From contig OX597814.1 in assembly GCA_951406725.2 (NCBI GenBank), positions 120,838,001-120,902,000 of the forward strand: a stretch of 64,000 nt of DNA, given 5' to 3'. This stretch comes from Octopus vulgaris (lineage: Eukaryota). Positions 41,948 to 55,747 of the stretch are shown here, in pieces; the first letter of the stretch is position 1; each line of letters opens with the position of its first letter. The notes under the pieces were generated by a model. It worked only from the letters and a program-made list of their open reading frames with translations. It ran no database searches and had not been told where the DNA came from. A program made the translations under genes and the position numbers.

Positions 41948-43040
41948 TATATACATATATAAAGGAAATGAATATTTTAGGGTATTTTCACCTATGTTTC
42001 CATGACATGTTTATCGTCAAAACGAACATGTAACATTATACATGTTCCTGCTTTCACAAGGTGTCATTTCTACAGTGAATTCAATGACGATACATTCCCT
42101 AAACTTTTAGCAATATATGACGATTCTACGAAAGCCATGATTTATAGTTAAACTAAATGAAGAAGAATAATGCACAGATTTAACTTTAGTAGAATACAGT
42201 AAATTACACTTCTTTTATCAAGAAAAACGTTAGTTAACTTTATAACCGAACCAAAGATTCGAAATTCGACGCCAAGTAAGATATTAACCTGTTATTATTA
42301 AGATGATATATACGAGATAACGCATTTTACTTTAAACCATTTTTGTTCGTGGGCAAGTGTTTGTATACTTAAGTACACACAAGGATGCGCGCATTCTCAG
42401 ACATGCACACACACACAGCAACACACACAGACACGCGCAAAAGGTTAGAAAATTTAAGGGAGAAAAAGTACGAAGTTTTAAATGTATTAAGGTGTATTTA
42501 AATTCATATATTACTTAAGGGAAACGTAAATTTATAATCAATGTAATTTACTACAAGTAAGAGAACAATATCTACAATTTGAATTAAAAGATAGGGGTAC
42601 ATTGATATAAATGATAATATATAGATTTGAATAATTGTAATTAAAAACATTTCACAGAGAATTATCTGTAAAGCGAATAGATTCGAGCAAGAAAGGCATA
42701 GAATAAAATCTTTTTTTCTATTTTCTAGAAATAATAATCACGGTATTTAAATCATGTAAGTAACAGACTAAAGAAATGATATAACGAAAAGTGGAAGATG
42801 AATGAGTATATTAGTAAATCCTAGTTAAATTCTTAATCATACCTAATTTTCGCATTTATAAACACTGAAACGAAATATATTTAAGCTCTAATTAGTACAT
42901 GATAAGGAGATAGCAAAGTCATTATGATAAAGGTTGTTAATGTCATTTGCTAATATATTTCTCTCTAATTAATATATTTAAATTCGCAATTAGTATTGTT
43001 TAGTTTCTCAATGAACCATAATGACAATAAACCGCAATAT

Positions 43041-43485
43041 AGGCGCACGTATGGCTGTGTGGTAAGTAGCTAGGCGCAGGAGTGCTATGTCGTAAGTAGC
43101 TTGTTTACCAGCCACATGGTTCCAGGTTCAGTCCTACTGCGTGGCACCTTGGCCAAGCGTCTTCTTCTATAGCCTCCGACCGACAAAAGCATTGTGAGTG
43201 GATTTGGTAGACGGAAACTGAAAGAAGCTCGTCGTATATATATATGTCTATGTGTGTGGTGTGTGCATGTATGATTGTCTGTCTGTGTTTGTCCCTCCGC
43301 CATCGCTTGACAACCGATGCTGGTGAGTTTACGTCCCTGTAACTAAGCGGTTCGGCAAAAGGGACCGATAGAATAAGTGCTAGGCTTACAAAGAATAAGT
43401 CCTGGGGTCGATTAGTTCGACTATATGGCGGTGCTCTAGCATTGGCTGTAGTGAAATGACTGAAACAATTAAATGAATAAAAGAA
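43041..43485 (+). mobile_element. SINE family A with duplicated 5' head
   Basis: taggcgca..gtaagtagc occurs twice, followed by a full body. Confidence 0.9.
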
Positions 43486-43492
43486 AGAATAT

Positions 43493-43790
43493 TGGTTTAA
43501 ATAATGGCACAAAGCTGGGCATTTCGGTCGAGGGGTAAGTCGATTACATTAAACTTAACAATGAACTGGTATTCACTTTATTCATCCCAAAACAATGAAA
43601 TGCTGAACCAACCTCCGTGGATTTGAACTCAGAAAGTAAAGAGGAATGAATTGTCGCCAAGCATCTTGTCCAGTGTGCTAACAATACGGCCAGTTCGTTG
43701 CCTTATAAACAGTAATATATTGGTTTCAAGTTTTGGCATAAAGCCAGCTGTCTTGGAGAAGTGTCCAAGTCGATTACGTTGACCCAGTGC
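43493..43790 (-). mobile_element. Degraded SINE family B copies
   Basis: Homology to family B. Confidence 0.65.
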
Positions 43791-44093
43791 GAGTGGCTTA
43801 GTGTTTAGAGTAATCGGTTCGCGGTCGTAAGGCCGTGAGTTCGATTACTGGCGGCACGTTTTGTGCTTGAGCAAGACACTTCATTTCACGTTGCTCCAGT
43901 TCGCTCTGCCGGCAAAATGAGTTATACCTGTAATTAAAAGGGTCGGCTTTGTCACATTCTGTGTCGCTCTGAATCTCTCTAAGAACTGCGTTAAGAGTAC
44001 GCGTGACTTTGAAGTGCTCAGCCACTTTCTATAATTTCACAACCAGGTTGTTCCGTTAATCGGATCCCTTGTCGTCGTAACCGACGGAGAGCC
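43790..44093 (+). mobile_element. tRNA-headed CORE-like SINE, family D
   Basis: A box GTGGCTTAGTG, B box GAGTTCGATT, CORE-like gtgcttgagcaagacactt..ttgctcc. Confidence 0.75.
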
Positions 44094-46380
44094 TGTGAAT
44101 TCAACCTCGGCGGAATTTGAATTTGCATTGTAAAAATTACTATATTTTGATGATATAATACACACTTGATGATATAATACACACTACACTACCCACTGCT
44201 TCAATTTGAGGAAACAAACCCCCAAAACCGCATATCTCGGGAACCCGTGGTCCGATTTATGTGAAACCTGTTCTATCCTGTTTGTATTCACATTTCAGGG
44301 GTAACTAATTTTGAGTCTAGTTTCCCATTATGCGCCAGTTTAGATGTATTACGTTATAGACAAATGTGAGAGCAAGCACGAAAACAACCACAGAGTTTTA
44401 GTAGTGAAAAGTTTCATGACTTCACATATTCATTTATGATACCTCTATATTGCGAGTTTTGTCTAATTTCGATGTCTTTTATAAAGAGGCTACCAAAATT
44501 TATGCTGTACACTTTGTGTATGTAAATAAACTCTCTTTATTCATGTATTTGTTTTCCCAATGTCTCATTCAAAACTTTTAATAATCCGAAAATATCTCTG
44601 TTGCAGTCTCGTCTGGAAGATTTCTGGATATTGCCGCGAGTACAAGAAAAATGATTTATTTTTAAAAAATTAATTTTTAATTTCTCGAGTCTGTCTCTCA
44701 TTTTCTTCCTGATTCCTAACGATTGCCGCTAGGATATTAATTTCCTTCACTTTCTGAATAGAAGCAGTCAATATATTATATATATATATTTTTTTTTTTT
44801 GGCGTATGTCATTCCGTACAATTATATGTTTCAAACAAACTTTGGCATATTTGTGTTATTTCCCTGAGCATAATTCAATTTATTTTATAATCAGTGTACA
44901 AATCATTCCTCTTCAAATATAGTTTGTGACATATATATATATATATATATATATTTGTTTTAAAATTTCGCTACTAATTTGGTTTTTAATTAATTCTTAG
45001 TTTATTGATATTATCGGTCCCTTCTTCCGTTCCAAGTCTTTAACAATATCAGTTAGTTGTTTGGCGATTTTCTTCCAGTGAAATAGACAATTAGAATTCA
45101 GTGATATACTTTGTATGCACGTCATTCGGTACATTCGTATATACTTGATTTACTTCAATCCTCAACTTTAGCATATTAAATTAAATAACTTTTTGTTCAT
45201 TATATAAAACTCTACTCCTCTAAATTAGCCGTAAACAATTTTCTACACATTAAATAATGTTTATTACTCACGTTTTTTCTGCATTCTCTTTCTCTCCCCA
45301 ACAAGTTTCAATAAGAGGAGTAAATTTCGCTCATTTTTGTCGCCGTTCGCATTATCAAAGTCCAGAGTTTCACTGAAATATATGTATCGTAAATACATTT
45401 TTGAGACTGAGTCTTAATTTATTGCAGATACATCTCAGACGTCGTTGTGCTGTATCATGGGGATTTCATTTTGAGGAAATTTTCTCTTTTCCAATAATAT
45501 TTTGCGTAAGTTAGTCATTATAACTCTGTGTAATGCAAATACAAGAAATGATATTTTTTAGCACACATGTTCAAACCATTGATCACAAGTAGAGCCCGAT
45601 TAGGTCAAGCTGGACACAGGAAGTAGAACAGATACATTTTCTTTTTACAGAGTATACAATCAAACTAAAAGAGAACAACTGAAAGCGCAAGAAATTGCCA
45701 GCCACCAAAACCGAACAGGTGAGGAATTCTCCATATCGCCGCTTATGGCCACTGAAAATTCTAGAAATAACTGCCAATTCTTTGTGTAGTTTGGAGCGTA
45801 CTCTAATGTAAATATATATAAGTATGGTCTGGAAGTGAGCTATATTGAATGCCGTCAGTCCAAATAACGCAGAGCTGTTTAGATATGGAATGTTTATTAT
45901 CTATTGTGTATTTTGAATTGTGACATTTAAGGATGGAAAAAATACTATTGTGTCACATTCTTACACAGGAACATATTCTGCATCGCTTTGCCATTTAAAT
46001 GTCGATAAATAACGTAATTAGTTTTGAAAAGGTCGAGGATTTTAATTATATATTTTCCTTGCGTCATTTAAAATGTGTGTAGTGATTTCCTGACTACTTA
46101 ACAGAACAAAACTTCTGAACATAAAGATCAACATGGCAACCTATTTGCGGCTGCTACACCTGCTGAAAATAGTACTAAATCTCACTCTAATCGCTTCTAT
46201 TACTCAAAGTAGTCACATATCCAATGTGATACTTTGTTCATGTTCTTCTGAAATTAACGATAAAGACAAGCAATATGAAAATAAGAGAGAACTAATGATC
46301 ATCGTCATTCTCATCATCATCAACATTTTTTCTCAGTGTCGTCGTCATCACCATCATCATCCACAAAATCCTCAGATAAT

Positions 46381-46602
46381 ACAGTTCTATATTTAAGAGA
46401 TGAGGAATTATGTACATTATATACATTTGACGGACATATGTCCTCATCTTGTTTGTTGTTAACACAACGTTTCGGCTAATATACTCTCCAGCCTTCATAA
46501 CTATGGTGTAGTGGTTAAAAGCGACGGGCTACGAACCGCGAGATTCCGAGATTCCAAGCAGTGACTTGAATAATAATAATGATAATAATAATAATAATAA
46601 TA

Positions 46603-46686
<84 letters not shown>

Positions 46687-46727
46687 GTGATGATAATAAT
46701 GATAACAATAATAATGATAATAATAAT
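46381..46727 (+). mobile_element. SINE family C head preceded by an inverted tail and followed by an (AAT)/(GAT)n expansion
   Basis: 46381-46498 is the reverse complement of the family C tail; head ggtgtagtggtt..ctACGaa; sense tail absent. Confidence 0.75.
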
Positions 46728-48286
46728 ATGCCTCTTGATTGATCTTCATATAAACCCCGATATTCCCTAGTCAAACATATTGGAAAGAAATAACGGTTTT
46801 AAATCTTGGCCCATAGTCAGCGGTTTTAAAAGTTGGCATAGGTTGATTACATCAGCCAGTTGGTTCAACTGGATTATTTTTAATACAAACTTAAAGGATA
46901 AAAGGTAATGTATATGTCGGCGGAGTTGGAACATAGAACTTCAAAAGCCGGAAGCAATTCCTCTATGCATTTTGTCTGAATCTTACGCTCCGATATTATT
47001 TTACTCTTTTTCAGATACATTACCTGCTTCTCGATATTCTAAAGAGAGGTTTTTTTTCTCCACGAACAGGGAACGGTGAGTCATGACTTGTACCGCGAAA
47101 AATAATACTGATACTCGCATCCGAAGTTCTGTTGCAGCAGCGCTGTAGGTCTCATACATAGCATACGTACCACACCATATATGCCATGGACATCGATCAT
47201 AGGGAGAAATGAAAGACAAAAAATACTAAAATGCTACTGTTTGCGATCATTCAAAGGAAGCCGCGCATCGAAATTTGTATTTTTTCAAAAGAACAAATGC
47301 GTGAGCTAATACTGTTACTCACTATCTCTTCCTCATTACACACATGCGCTATTGCTTTCTTATATAGACACACAAGAATTACATAAAAGCAGTCGTACTG
47401 AGATATCGATAAAGAATATTTTGCATGCCAAAAGTTGTAACATGGAATGGGTAACCAGGAATAACAACACCGTGTTGGGATTCAGACCCCTCTACATGTA
47501 ATAAATTAATAGGTGAAAATGCTTTTGTTCTTCCCGGAATAAATCTAATATTAAGGTTACTTGATTGATCAAACAAGAACGATATATTTTCACCGAAACC
47601 GTATAGATCTCAATTCCTTATATTGACGCAAATACAGAAGGCAGCTGATGCCAATCAGGCTAAAAGTACTATTCACGTCAGCTATTAAAAGCTGTATATA
47701 ACATAATAATTATTTATAATGGCCTTTAAATTTGTAAGTTTGTGTTTTTAGTCGTTCTTACAAATAAACAGCACTTCAGTTTCAAAATAAACACGGATTA
47801 AATATTCCCGATTATGGTTATAGTAAACCATCTTCCTTCAGATAATCGCTACATACAATCACGTTAAGAATTCCTTCTAGATTCATTCTCAAAATACAAT
47901 TACAAATAACATCAGGTTTCATGTTTTTTCTCTTTTCGCTTATTTTCATTTTATTTCCTGAGGCTGAATCAGGCATTACAATTAATTCTCATTATTATTA
48001 TGTCCTATGTTACAACTACAGTTTGCTAAACATTTACTCATAAAGGCAAAAATATATCTTTTCATCTTCCTTATGTTTCTATTCATTGTTAAAATCTTGC
48101 TTTTTACTTATTTTTTAAAAATTTCTTAGCGATGTTAAGTATATACTTATTTCTCGTTTTCTTTGCCAGGCATAAAGTGATCAAAAAGTAAGTATTAACA
48201 TAACTTTTATTTAATCCCATGACCAAGAGATACGTATAAACACAGTGTGATACGCTTACACAAGGACTTTTCCACCAGCTAGAAAT

Positions 48287-49110
48287 AATGGTTTCAAATT
48301 TTGTCATAAGGCTAGCATTTTCGGAGGTGGTTAGGTAAGTTGATTATATATGTTTCTTTACTACCCAGAAGGCGCTAAACACAGACAGGGCAAACAAGGA
48401 CAGACAAACGGATTAAGTAGATTATATCGACCCCAGTGCGTAACTGGTACTTATTTAATCGAACCCGAAAGGATGAAAGGCGAAATCGACCTCGGCGGAA
48501 TTTGAACTCAGAATGTAGCGGCAGACGAAATACCTATTTCTTTATTACCCACAAGGGGCTAAACATAGAGGAGACAAACATGGACAGACATAGGTATTAA
48601 GTCGATTATATCGACGCCAGTGCTTAACTGGTACTTAATTTATCGACCCCGAAAGGATGAAAGGCAAAGCCGACCTCGGCGGAATTTGAACTAACAACGT
48701 AACGGCAGACGAAATACCGCTAAGCATTTCGCCCAGCGTGCTAACCATTCTGCCTATTCGCCGCCTTACGGTATATTCGTTTCGACTCTAGGCACAAGGC
48801 CCTGCATTTTGAGGGAGGGAGCCAGTCGATTAGATCGACCCCAGTACGCAACTGGTACTTAATTTATCGACCCCGAAAGGATGAAAGGCAAAGTCGACCT
48901 CGGCGGAATTTGAACTCAGAATGTAACGGCAGACGAAATACCGCTAAGCATTTCACCCGGTGGTAAGTTGATTATATCGACCCTAGTGCTAAACGGATAC
49001 TTATTTTATCGACTGTCAAAGTTTGAATGCCAATGACAACCTCGGTGGAATTTGAAATCAGAACGCAAAGCGGACGAAATGCCGTTAAAATATTTTTGCC
49101 CAGCTCGTTG
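48287..49110 (-). mobile_element. Cluster of at least four SINE family B units
   Basis: Repeated GAAAGGATGAAAGG..CTCGGCGGAATTTGAACTC. Confidence 0.9.
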
Positions 49111-50070
49111 AATTAGATCAGCTAGAAACAATAGCTGAGCTTTGTGAAATACAGTAAAACACACTGGGTCAATGACTTCATGCCTGACTAAAAATAACGA
49201 AATACGCGTTTCTAAAACATGTGACACTGGCAACAATAGACAACGATATACGCACATACTAGAAATTATTAATGTAATATCTGTCATCGATTTGTAAACC
49301 CATTACAATAACATTTTTGTTTGCAACCAAATATAATTACAGCTTTCCTATATTAAATTTCATACTGACAATGTTTGTGCACGTCAAACTAATGCTGTAG
49401 TAAGTTATGATAACTCAAGTAAATATTTTTCATTTATTTGTATTTATTGTTGTCGGTGGCGATGAATTGCTTTCAAATTCATGTAGGTTAACCATAAGAA
49501 ATAAGTTGAAAAATATTTTGTGTACATTTTCGAAAAAAAATCTTACGAAAGTTATGTTATGTAAATGTTTATGTAATTAAAAAATGGCTAATATTTCTTC
49601 TCTTTCACCGTCTACTAAGATTATTAACTCAAAGCAAATTATTCTTCTAGGAATTTTAGTAGAATTGTTCTGCAGTACCGATTATTACACACTTAGAATT
49701 AAGTATAAAATTAGTTGCAATGTAATCAATCTGTCAATGTTTAGTGTATATGACCACTCAAGTGGGTATTACTAAATACATATAGTGAAAGAGTTTCATT
49801 AAGTAAAAAAAAGCAGCCAATTTTTTATCGCTTCTGATATATCAACATTGTTCTAAAACTTCAAACAATTATTTCATTGTGTTCTGTGTAAAGATATATG
49901 CAACGTTGTATAGCGTTTTGTGTAACGATCTACTAGATCTAAAGGCATCTGCATAACCGCACAAACTATAAGAAATAGCAGACAAATCACTCTCAGTTAC
50001 CAGTAAATAGCGTTAGAAAAGAATAAATACAGACTGGAGAATAAACGTGCTTCATATTTTCTTAATATAT

Positions 50071-50213
50071 TGTGGCTATGCTTTAAGGAGCCTGCTTCCT
50101 AACCAATGCAGTCCCACTGCGTGTTACCTTGGTTCAGTGTCCTCTGCTATAGCCTGGTGCCGATCGAAGGCTTGCGAGTGGATTTCGTAGAGGGAAACTG
50201 AAAGAAGCCCGCC

Positions 50214-50216
<3 letters not shown>
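50071..50216 (+). mobile_element. SINE family A 5' half; the 3' half is at 53290-53495
   Basis: Ends at gaaagaagcccgccgtc followed by (TA)n. Confidence 0.8.
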
Positions 50217-50296
<80 letters not shown>

Positions 50297-50324
50297 TAAA
50301 TATATGAAAGAATGGAGCTGAACG

Positions 50325-53205
50325 ACGAATTAACAAAATTCCTTTATTTTCGACATATGTTTCGAAGGCTGCATATTCCTAATTGCGAAGGAATAAGGAG
50401 TACATTTTGCCGCTTTCTCATCAGGAAAAGCAAGGAACTTATGTCAACATCAAAATGCACAAAAAACTTTTAGATGATTGCTCACACGAAGCCCATAGCG
50501 ATAATGAGTGTCTCTTAAAATATTCCTTTATAAGGAGTGACGTCAAAATGGTTGGATATAGAAGGTTCTAAAGGTTCAAGGGTTCAAACGAAGTTGGAGG
50601 AGAGAGGCATAAGAATAGGAAGGTGAAAGGGTGCAGGTCATATGAATGGTGGGTTTTGTTAATTTCTTTTGTGAATGAGTGCCTGTGTGTGTGACTGTAT
50701 ATAACTGCATTAATGTGTGTGTGTGTGTGCGTGATTGTGTATGTGATGGGTAGATGTCAGAAAACAGACAGTGGTGAGGTGAGAGGTTTGTGTCTGTGTG
50801 TTTGATTGTGCTTACTATAGAAAGAGGGAAATAGAGAGAGAAAGAGAGAGAAAGAGGAGGGCGAGGTAGAGGGACTAAGGCAACACATACCTCACTGGAT
50901 TGGGTAGCAGTTCTTTAAAAGTACAAAAAAATTATTTTTTGACTATAGGGGTGACATATATATATAAAAAAGTTATATTAATTAAAATTCAAGGGGTTAT
51001 CTATATTAATCCTTATTCATATGAGTGAAAGGTGTGTTTTTGCCAGTGCATGCACCTGTAAAACCTCTCGACGATAGTATTTATTAAAGGGACTTTGGCG
51101 AACAAAATATGAAAAAGTTCGGAATTACAGATGCCACAAAGGTTTCTGCCCTTATCAAACGGAAAGGACACCGACAATATGGACCATTCCAGCTTGAAAG
51201 TTGTATTGCTGTCCTTCAGACGCCAAACTAATTTACTTAGTCCCGTGCTGTGTTGTTTTCTCTTATCTCGGAAAGTTGAATAATGATTGGAGATCCTTTG
51301 GGTTAATTTAGAAGAAGTTGCTCCAATGTAGAAGAAGACATCGGTAAATAGTGTTTCTAATTTTGGAATTATTGGATAAGAACTTTAATCTGTTGGGGTT
51401 AACATCCGATACTAAGACGGATTTTTTATTGTTGTGATAGGTGTAAATATTGTTGCTAGCATTGGCCACGATACTATTCATCTTATTATCATTACTATTA
51501 ATTGTAATATCGTCGGTAATTTCTCTGACTATAGGAATGCTGGTATTGTTATCATCAATAATACAACTGTTATTAGAAATGCTGTTACTATTACCACTAA
51601 TTATCACTATTGTTAACGCCAATGCTGCTATGAATGTTGCTAATATCAATACTATTTCTATTATTATTATTATTGTATGTTAGGTTGGAATTGGTAAGGG
51701 CAGTGTCACTACTCATGGGTGATGAGTCCTTATTTAGCAGTTTATTATTATGGGAAGCAATTATCTGCGATAGATTTCTAGTGTTGGAGAATGCAATCCT
51801 CACCTTATGCGAATTGATAGTAGAGTAATACCTAGAATTCCTGGGAAAGTTCCTAGCTATGGCTTCACGGAACTGTAAAGGGAGGTTAGACCTGATTTGT
51901 TTCCCGAAAGGAATGACAAACCAGATATAGTTTTTTTTTTACTTAGAATGGCTCAGAGTGTTAACATTTACATTAAAGGGAGTATTTCTGTGTTGGTTTT
52001 CGATTGGCTCCCCTGGTCTGTAAATTATTTTTGGTAATTATATTAGTGTCAACGTTGCTAGAGCTGAAATCATTAATTACATTATTTCTATTGTTATTAG
52101 TTTTCTTATCCTGAGAAGCAAATATTAGTTTAGAATGGGCCGGGTCGATATATGATACATTATCCCTATAACCGGCTTTTGACAAGGCGGCATTATAAAA
52201 TTCCGCTTTTTGTTTAAAAATGTCGACATTCGCAGATAAATTTGATAGTCTTAAGGATATATTTTTAACTAAATTATCGGTGATAGTTTTTGCATGGTTA
52301 CTGAAAATGCGGACATATTTAAGGTTAGTAGAAGGCTTATGGTAAGGGAAGTAAGAATTGTTATGCAGATTTAGGGTAACATCTAAGAAGTTGGCTTTAG
52401 TTAGTTCGTCGTCGAAAACTATGCTCATGCCCATTCTGCTAAAAAAATCTAGCTGATCTGTTTTTAGTCTTCTGTATCATACTGTTCGTAGCGTTCTGTA
52501 GGTAAAATAGACAATCGTCTCGATACATACCGCCGGAGATGTCCGGGAATTGGTCGGCTAATTCATAGAGAATATAGATTCCGACCAGACGGCTATCTGG
52601 GCGCTGTCTGAGCTTCCCATTGGCACATCTAACGCGTTAGGGGTATCCTTACGGACCCATAACTTATCATCGAACTGTATGAAGGATTTTCTAGCCGCTA
52701 AAATTATATTAATTTCCTCCCTTGGGAGGCCTGCCTTATTATGTGCGTGCCATAGGGCCTTATTGAGTACACTGGGGTTGATCGATAGGTAGAAACTAGA
52801 AATATCGAATTGAATGAATTTTGTGCTGTTTTTATTAGCAATAGAAGAAAACCACTCTACGACTTGAGTGGAGTTATACCATATGTTGAGTTTTAACTTA
52901 TTGATTAATCTAGGTATGTATTTATCTAAAATGTACTTACTAATGGAACGGATGTCGGAACTAGAGGGGCATATGAGCCTTAATGCTGGATTGGTGTGAA
53001 AGCTTGGTTTATGGTCCTTGACGATGAATCTTGGTTGTCTTGGGTTCAGCGGTTGTGTTTTTCTTTGTAATCCATACGTTTCCATGATTTTCTTAATTTC
53101 CAAGTTGGCTTGTCTGAGTGTATTCTTATTTGTTGTTCTGTAATTCTTCTGTATTTCTTTCTTGAGCATTTGTAAATACTGGTTTTTTGCTAGCTTATAT
53201 GCGTT
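50325..53205 (-). mobile_element. Penelope-like (Naiad-type) retroelement, 5'-truncated: RT, GIY-YIG and 3' UTR
   Basis: KDHKP.F..NP..RLI.P, FIQFDISSFY, PMGS.D.A, MYRDD, NFLDVTL, SNH, IWF, TIYRC..FYIG..QRISNH..LSK.VW.LKD..WSIL..CGIC..C.H; frameshifts. Confidence 0.9.
50347..50429 (-). ncRNA. Minimal type I hammerhead ribozyme in the PLE 3' UTR
   Basis: ttttc-CTGATGA-gaaagcggca..tgcagccttc-GAAAC-atat-GTC-gaaaa, followed by AATAAA. Confidence 0.8.
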
Positions 53206-53267
<62 letters not shown>

Positions 53268-53289
53268 CATATGTGTGTATGTGTGTGGA

Positions 53290-53495
53290 TGTGTGTGCGT
53301 GTGTGTGTCTTTGTGTCTGTGTTTGTCCCCAAATGACGCTTGTCTATCGTAACTTAGCGGTTTAGCGAAACAGACTTATTGATTAAGTACTTACCTTTAA
53401 GATATAAGCTCTGGCGTCGATTTATTCGATTAAACATCTGAACATGGTTCTCCAGCATGGCCGTAGTCAATTGAGTGAAAGAAGTAAAAAAATAA
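53290..53495 (+). mobile_element. SINE family A 3' half
   Basis: tgtgtttgtcccc..gtaacttagcgg..ctccagcatggccgtagtcaa. Confidence 0.75.
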
Positions 53496-53536
53496 AAAGA
53501 AAAAGGAACGATATGCTTGTTCCCTCTCTCTTTCTT

Positions 53537-53592
<56 letters not shown>

Positions 53593-53699
53593 GATATGCA
53601 ACTATATATACATACATATACAAGTATGTATACATATTTATTTGCGTATATAAGATATATGCATACACACATTTGCATATATATTATATACACACAAGC

Positions 53700-55065
53700 A
53701 AATATGCATACATTCGTACGCCATGATGTAAGCTATAACGATATTATGTAATGCCTGCTGGAAAACCAGACAAATGCTAGAGAACATGAGAAGGAGTACC
53801 ATAGCGAAGCTACCACAGCAAATTAGTCTCAGTTATTGCAGCAACTTGCGTGTTAATGTCTGAAACTCGGTACCAGTCATGGTTTTTTACTCATCCCTTG
53901 TGCAACGTTTGAAAGAGGCGTTGAATGAAAGATTCAGGGAAGTGCAACCAGTAATCCGGGTGTTTAAATCATTCTCCGGACCGGTCTTTTAGTGCAGAAT
54001 ATTGTGTAAGAATTCAAGGAACCTCTGGTCATCAGCTTTATCGATTAAAAAGAAAAGAAAGGTTTGATTGGGTTCAGAAAGAAAAACTGTGGTGCTGTAC
54101 CAATGAATATTGTTTTGCAGAAGAAGATATCTCCATCTTTAAGGGTCTGTATCCCGACTGATGTTGTTGTGTAACAAGTGAAAGTGATAACATAGAATCC
54201 TTAAACGTCGTTACAGTTGTGAGTCAGGGCAGAGTTGTTTCCTCTCATAAATGTTGCTTCTTCTGCTTCTCGATTTAGTCATGTGGAGAGCCATAAATGA
54301 GTCAACAGCCGGAATACTGTGGACTATAGGCAAATACCTAGCTGATTTGGACTATGTAGATGACGTTGTGCTCCCGGCTGCATCCGCTCAGGGCTCTACT
54401 AAATCTGAGCAAAGAGCGATGCAAATTCCTGTGAATTAAAAACATCCGTTGAAGACACCACCAATTCCATTTACCTGAGTAGCATTAATACCACAGAAGT
54501 GAGCTGTTAATGAGGTAGTTGTTTACCCTAGAATCGGGCGTGCAGCAGCAGTGTTCAGTAAAATAACCAAGATCTGGGTTAATTCTTCGATTAGCAACGG
54601 CTTGCTTCTCATGCTATATCAGAACATTGACATCTCAAGATTCTACGCCGCGGAGACTTGGAAAATGGCTGTCAAGATTGCTCATTGGCAAGATCCAGCC
54701 CACCAACCGTGTCTATGCAACATACTCAAAATGAACTACACGATGCACTTGACTATCTTTACCAACTGTAAGGTCCTAACAAGAGACAATCTGCGAGGCT
54801 TGTAGGAGATTTTAGCAGAAATGTAGGGAGGCGTTCAGGTCATTTTTTCTAACGGCCAAAAGAATCAATATTCAAGACAACTATACAATGGTGAGTACCA
54901 GTGGGAAGAAGAAAGATCAGGAGACACAAGACGTTACGGGTGAGACCTTCAAAGAAAATCTGAGTTAACTTAATATCACCTGGGAAGATGCAGGTGACTG
55001 ATTAAAACCAGGATCATTTGAGATATTTTGGTACCTGATGTAGAGATCACCTGTACGGGGGAAGC
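53700..55065 (+). mobile_element. Degraded RTE-type LINE
   Basis: QG..SS, LLLD.VM, LADLDYVDD, RIGRAAAVF..I.KIW, YAAETW. Confidence 0.75.
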
Positions 55066-55635
55066 GAAGACTGTGATAGTTCAAAATATAGAACCCAACA
55101 GTTATTTCAATGTCTATCAGAATGCAACTCACAGTACACAAAATAATGGTATTATGAATGGTAGAATGCAAATTACTTTTAGTACACCATATCAAAATCA
55201 TCCTGAGAATTAATATATGAGAAGTGTTTATATGTAATATGGCAAATGTTGGCCACGCAGAGAAATACTTCACGATTCACATCTTATTCATTCAAAACAT
55301 ATTGATATAGTACAGAAAATTTTACTAGTTAGTAAAAACTAGATCAGCGACTGTTACTCACGCGGCTTGCACTTGCGTATAGCCACGTCCACCCTAATAG
55401 TTCATAGAGAGATACGGTCCAAGGGCTGAGAATACCGGAGTTCTCCACTGCCACAGTTTTGACATTAACCTGTCAGATCGACCGTTACTTAGACAGGTTC
55501 CATTTCTTAGCTTGGGGAGTTGCGGAGCTTGGTCTGCTAGCTGAAATCTTTTCAACAATACAAAGGAATCACCGAAATCAAGAAGAGCATATGCAGAATT
55601 TTAAAATACCAGGATGAAATATAATTGGTTATGGA

Positions 55636-55747
55636 AAGGTAGGCTCCGAAAGGGCGCGCTTTCTCTCCAAATGTTCCCACTTGCTGGCTTCCGTATGCGG
55701 AGCTCTCCACTGGTAGCACTTTCATGTAAAATTTTGCAACACATCAG
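55636..55747 (+). mobile_element. Short copy of the Hero-like 3' tail
   Basis: aggtaggc.ccgaaa..ttctctcc..ttgctggctt..ggtagcact..tttgcaa.acatca matches 20022-20140. Confidence 0.7.

Noticed and set aside
47024-47038. 15-nt minus-strand microexon (EYREAG)
   Set aside because: Overlaps a stronger plus-strand candidate and has a short pyrimidine tract
48287-49110. CRISPR-like repeat array
   Set aside because: Units are tandem SINE copies without unique spacers; eukaryotic context and no cas genes
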